Positions 60,495 to 64,000 of a DNA stretch of 64,000 nucleotides are shown here, piece by piece. Position 1 is the first letter of the stretch. Each line of letters starts with the position of its first letter. This DNA is from a plasmid. Under the pieces are notes generated by a model. It was given only the letters and a program-made list of their open reading frames with translations, was not told the DNA's origin and did not search any database. The DNA lies in sequence record AP025967.1. The stretch is one strand, 5' to 3'. Made by a program: the position numbers and the translations under genes.

Positions 60495-63400
60495 TGATGT
60501 TTAAAAAAATATTTGATTTTGTGAAATCAAGATTATTTATAACTGCTTTTTTGCTTTGTTGTATTTTTCTTTTGAGTATTTTATTTTGGTTTTGGGGTTC
60601 TTTAGTAGCTTTTAATGACATATATATTTTTAGTAGTTCATTTTTAAGATTTAGTATTATTTTGATAATTTGGCTTATTGTTTTTTTGTTTTTTTTATTA
60701 AAGCCTATTATAAATTTTATATCTTCTTTAAAAAGTGAAAAAAGATTAAAATTTAAAGTCCTAAAAAAAGAAGCTGATGAGTTCATTTACAAATCTAAAA
60801 GAAACTTCTTTTTATCTCTTAAAGATGCCAAAGAAACATGGAAGAATGATTTAAAAACAAAAAATTTACCCTTAATTATCATCATAGGAAATGAAGGAGC
60901 TGGAAAAAGCACTTTTATTAATTATTCTGACATCGAATACCCACTTAGTGATAGTTTAGAGTCTTATAAAAAATTCCATAAGTCTACTAGAAATTTTGCA
61001 CTTTATGTATCAAAAAAAGGTGCTTTGTTAGATACAGAAGGAAACTATTTTTCACAAGAAGAATTTTTTAAGCCTACAAGTAGCGATGAAATACCCGAAG
61101 ATGATATAGATAAAAATAGAGATTTTTTAATTAAAAAAAATATATGGAAAAAATTCCTTACTTTTCTCAATAAAAATTTTTTTCATAGCAAACTAAATGG
61201 AATTATTTTAGTTGTTGACACTGTAATTTTCTTAAATAATCCTAAGGAGTATTCCAAAAATCTTATTAGATATCTAACAAAAAGAGTAAATGAATGTGAA
61301 AAAACTTTAAATTTAAAACTGCCTATTTATATAGTTTTTTCAAAACTCGACTTGATCGAAGGCATGAAAGAGTATTTTGATATTTTCGATAAAAAAATTT
61401 CAGATAAAATTTTAGGATTATCTTTTGATAAAATCTTAAGTGAAGAATTTTTAAATAATGAATTTAAAGAATTAAGTGATTCATTATTATGTTCCTTGAT
61501 GAGTAAAAACTCCCATATTTATAATATAGAAAATAAAAATAAAAGCTACTTATTTTTAAAACAACTTGATAATTTATTTGCATTAGCAAAGACTTTTATT
61601 TTGGAAGTGCAAGAAGAAAATAAGCTTAAAAATAATTCTTATCTTAGAGGAGTTTATTTTGTTAGTGCCTATCAAGAAAATATTCCTAGAAATTTCTTAC
61701 TCGATGCCATATGTGAGAAATATAACTGCAAAAAAGTATTATCAAAATCCAATATTATACATAATAAACAAAGCTATTTTGTTAAATCACTGCTCGAAGA
61801 TTTAATTTTTACAGATTATTCTTTAAGCACTATGAAATCTTATTCTAAAAAATTATCTTTTTTAATGATAATTTTAATCATAAGCTTTGGAACATATGCT
61901 ATATCTTCTTATTTTATAAGTAAAAACAATAAAGAATTCGAAAAAAGCCAAAACACCTTAAGATCTTTACAATTGCTTCTTAAAGATCAAGATTATCAAA
62001 ATTTAAATATTAAACAAAAAGCTGACTTCTTAATTGAATTGAGAAATATTTTAAATACTTATCCTGAACTTTGGCAAGATAATAATATATTTCAATATTT
62101 AAATCTAAATCTCTCATACAAAGGATTTAAAGAAGCTAAACAACTTTATTACAAACTGAATGAAGATGTGTTAAAAAATACTTTATTAAAAGAAATGGAA
62201 TATACTTTACTTACCGATACAAATAAAGAAAATTTAATCAAAACATTATATATGTATAGATCTTTGTTTGAACAAAAATATTTTAATAAAGAAATACTAA
62301 AAATTTGGATTAACGAGAATTGGAATACTTTAAGTAAGTATTCAATCTCTAAAGATGACTTTCTAGAAGGGGTGGATGAGCTTAAACAATTTAATCTTAA
62401 ATCTTTTACAGAAGATGAAAACAGTATACATACAGGAAAAAGAAAACTTGAGAGTATAAGTAGAACTCAAAGAATTTACATTCTTCTTAATTTTTTAAAT
62501 AGCGATAAACCTAAAGAAAAATATCTTATAAAAGAGGATTTAGGTTTTGCTGCAAATAGTGTATTTTCAAATAATTCTCAAATAACTTCTATAGATAAAA
62601 TATATACAAAAGTTGGTATGATGGACTTTTTAAATGATTTAAATCAACAAGTTGACACCGCAATCAATATTGAATCTTGGATGCTAGATAACAATTTTAA
62701 AGAAAATAAAAACACTTTGACTATGGGTATTTTAAAATTATACTTAAGTGAATACCAAAATGCTTGGCAAAATCTACTCGCTTCATTGCAACCTGTTAGG
62801 TATAATACCAAAGAGGCAATGCTTAATGAGCTTAATATCTTATCAAAAAAAGAAAACCCTTTATATTCTTTGTTAAAAATTGTTAGTTCTAATACAAATT
62901 TAAATGATGCAGTTTTACTAACTCAAGCCTACAATTTAGGATTAAATGCTGGGGAAATTAGATCAAATTTTATTGGGGTAAGCAATGCTTTCACACAATA
63001 TCATAAGCTAGTAAACAAAAATACACTTTTGAGTGTTGGTAATATAGAAGTGGGCAAAGGCACTGATGATGAAAAAATATTAGATATTCTTAATACAAAT
63101 ATTACAAATATGTCCAATAAAATTATAGATTTTAGTTCTAATAATAACCAAAGTGCTGAAGAAAAAATTTCATATGCTCTTGGAGGCAATAAAGATGCCA
63201 ATGATCCTTTTGCTGTATTTCAAATGAACATAAAAAAATTACCTAATGATTTAGAGAGATATTATAGTCAGCTTTCTAATTATTCGTGGAATTTTATAGA
63301 AAATCATGGTATTTCTTTATTTAATACTGCTTGGATTAATGAAGTGTATAATCCATTTGTTAATGATATTGCACCATATTATCCTTTTAATGATGAGAGT

Positions 63401-64000
63401 GTAGCAGATCTTAGTATGGATAGTTTTAAAACATTTTTTGGAAGAAATGGGACATTAAATAGTTTTTATAAAAAATACTTGAACAATGTTTTAGTAAAAA
63501 GAAAAAATAACTATTCTATCAATTCTCAATTTGCTTCAAAATTAAATTTCTCTAAAGAATTTTTAGATTTTATCACCAATGCAGGCAATCTCTCTAGTCT
63601 CATACTAAATGGTAATGATAATATAAAAGTTAATTTTACTATTCAAAGCCTTGATTTAAGTGCGGATTTTTCCTTTATAAAGCTTGGCTATGATAATAAA
63701 AATATCCAATACGATCATACTCTTAATCAAACCCTACAAATTGTAGCAGAAAAATTCAATAATGGAACAAGTTTAAATTTTACAGCCTATAACTACTCTA
63801 ATCCTAATTTAAATTATACAAAATCATATAAAGGAGAATGGGCATGGTATAAGTTTATAAAAGATAATAAAAGTAATTCTATATACAGCATTATATTTAA
63901 CAATAATAAAAACTTATATTTTGACTTTGAAATTATTAACGGTGCTAGTGAATTAAATAATATAGTTTATATTTTAAATAATCTTAAAATAGTAGAAAAT
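60495..64000 (+). CDS. tssM: T6SS membrane-complex protein TssM (IcmF-like), 5' part only; continues past the window end
   Basis: No stop to position 64000. N-terminal TM helices, then Walker A GNEGAGKST at aa ~133-141. Not in the supplied ORF table because it lacks a stop within the window. Confidence 0.85.

Noticed and set aside
60484-60786. Minus-strand ORF 60484..60786
   Set aside because: It overlaps the 5' end of the tssM reading frame (start 60495), which has a Walker A motif and a clear membrane-protein N-terminus. Rejected as antisense.

Overview
The window is AT-rich and Campylobacter-like: the Hcp, TssB and TssC proteins read as C. jejuni/C. coli-type T6SS proteins. It has three parts, all judged by eye from motifs, gene order and self-similarity; no database searches were possible, and no rRNA, tRNA or CRISPR was found.

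- 47.9-64.0 kb: a type VI secretion system core cluster, vgrG-tssG-tssF-tssE-tssC-tssB-tssA on the minus strand, tssJ-tssK-tssL on plus, hcp on minus, and tssM on plus running off the window end. No clpV/tssH lies among the visible genes.
- 33-48 kb and 0-14.5 kb: a long array of putative effector/immunity modules. It includes a 1411-aa transmembrane protein ending in an HExxH domain, a PAAR-like/AHH-type nuclease candidate, a GxSxG lipase-like protein, and tandem membrane immunity-like paralogs. A family of N-terminally membrane-anchored proteins sits next to vgrG copies. The array is mosaic: a 963-bp duplication contains an internally deleted vgrG remnant, a 139-bp and a 124-bp module are shared between otherwise different toxin genes, a duplicated toxin 3' end precedes an orphan immunity gene, and one toxin gene is split over three reading frames.
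- 14.5-33 kb: a decaying plasmid/integrative-element backbone. It carries a TraG-like protein, YafQ/DinJ-like and HicAB toxin-antitoxin pairs, and several broken genes: a Fic/Doc gene with an in-frame stop, an Abi_2 gene with an in-frame stop, a split Y-family polymerase and a MazF-like pseudogene. It also has an iteron array beside an AT-rich region, a tyrosine recombinase plus a second recombinase 3' remnant, and three copies of a ~230-bp MITE-like element with terminal inverted repeats around a consensus sigma70 promoter and a terminated ~90-nt transcript.
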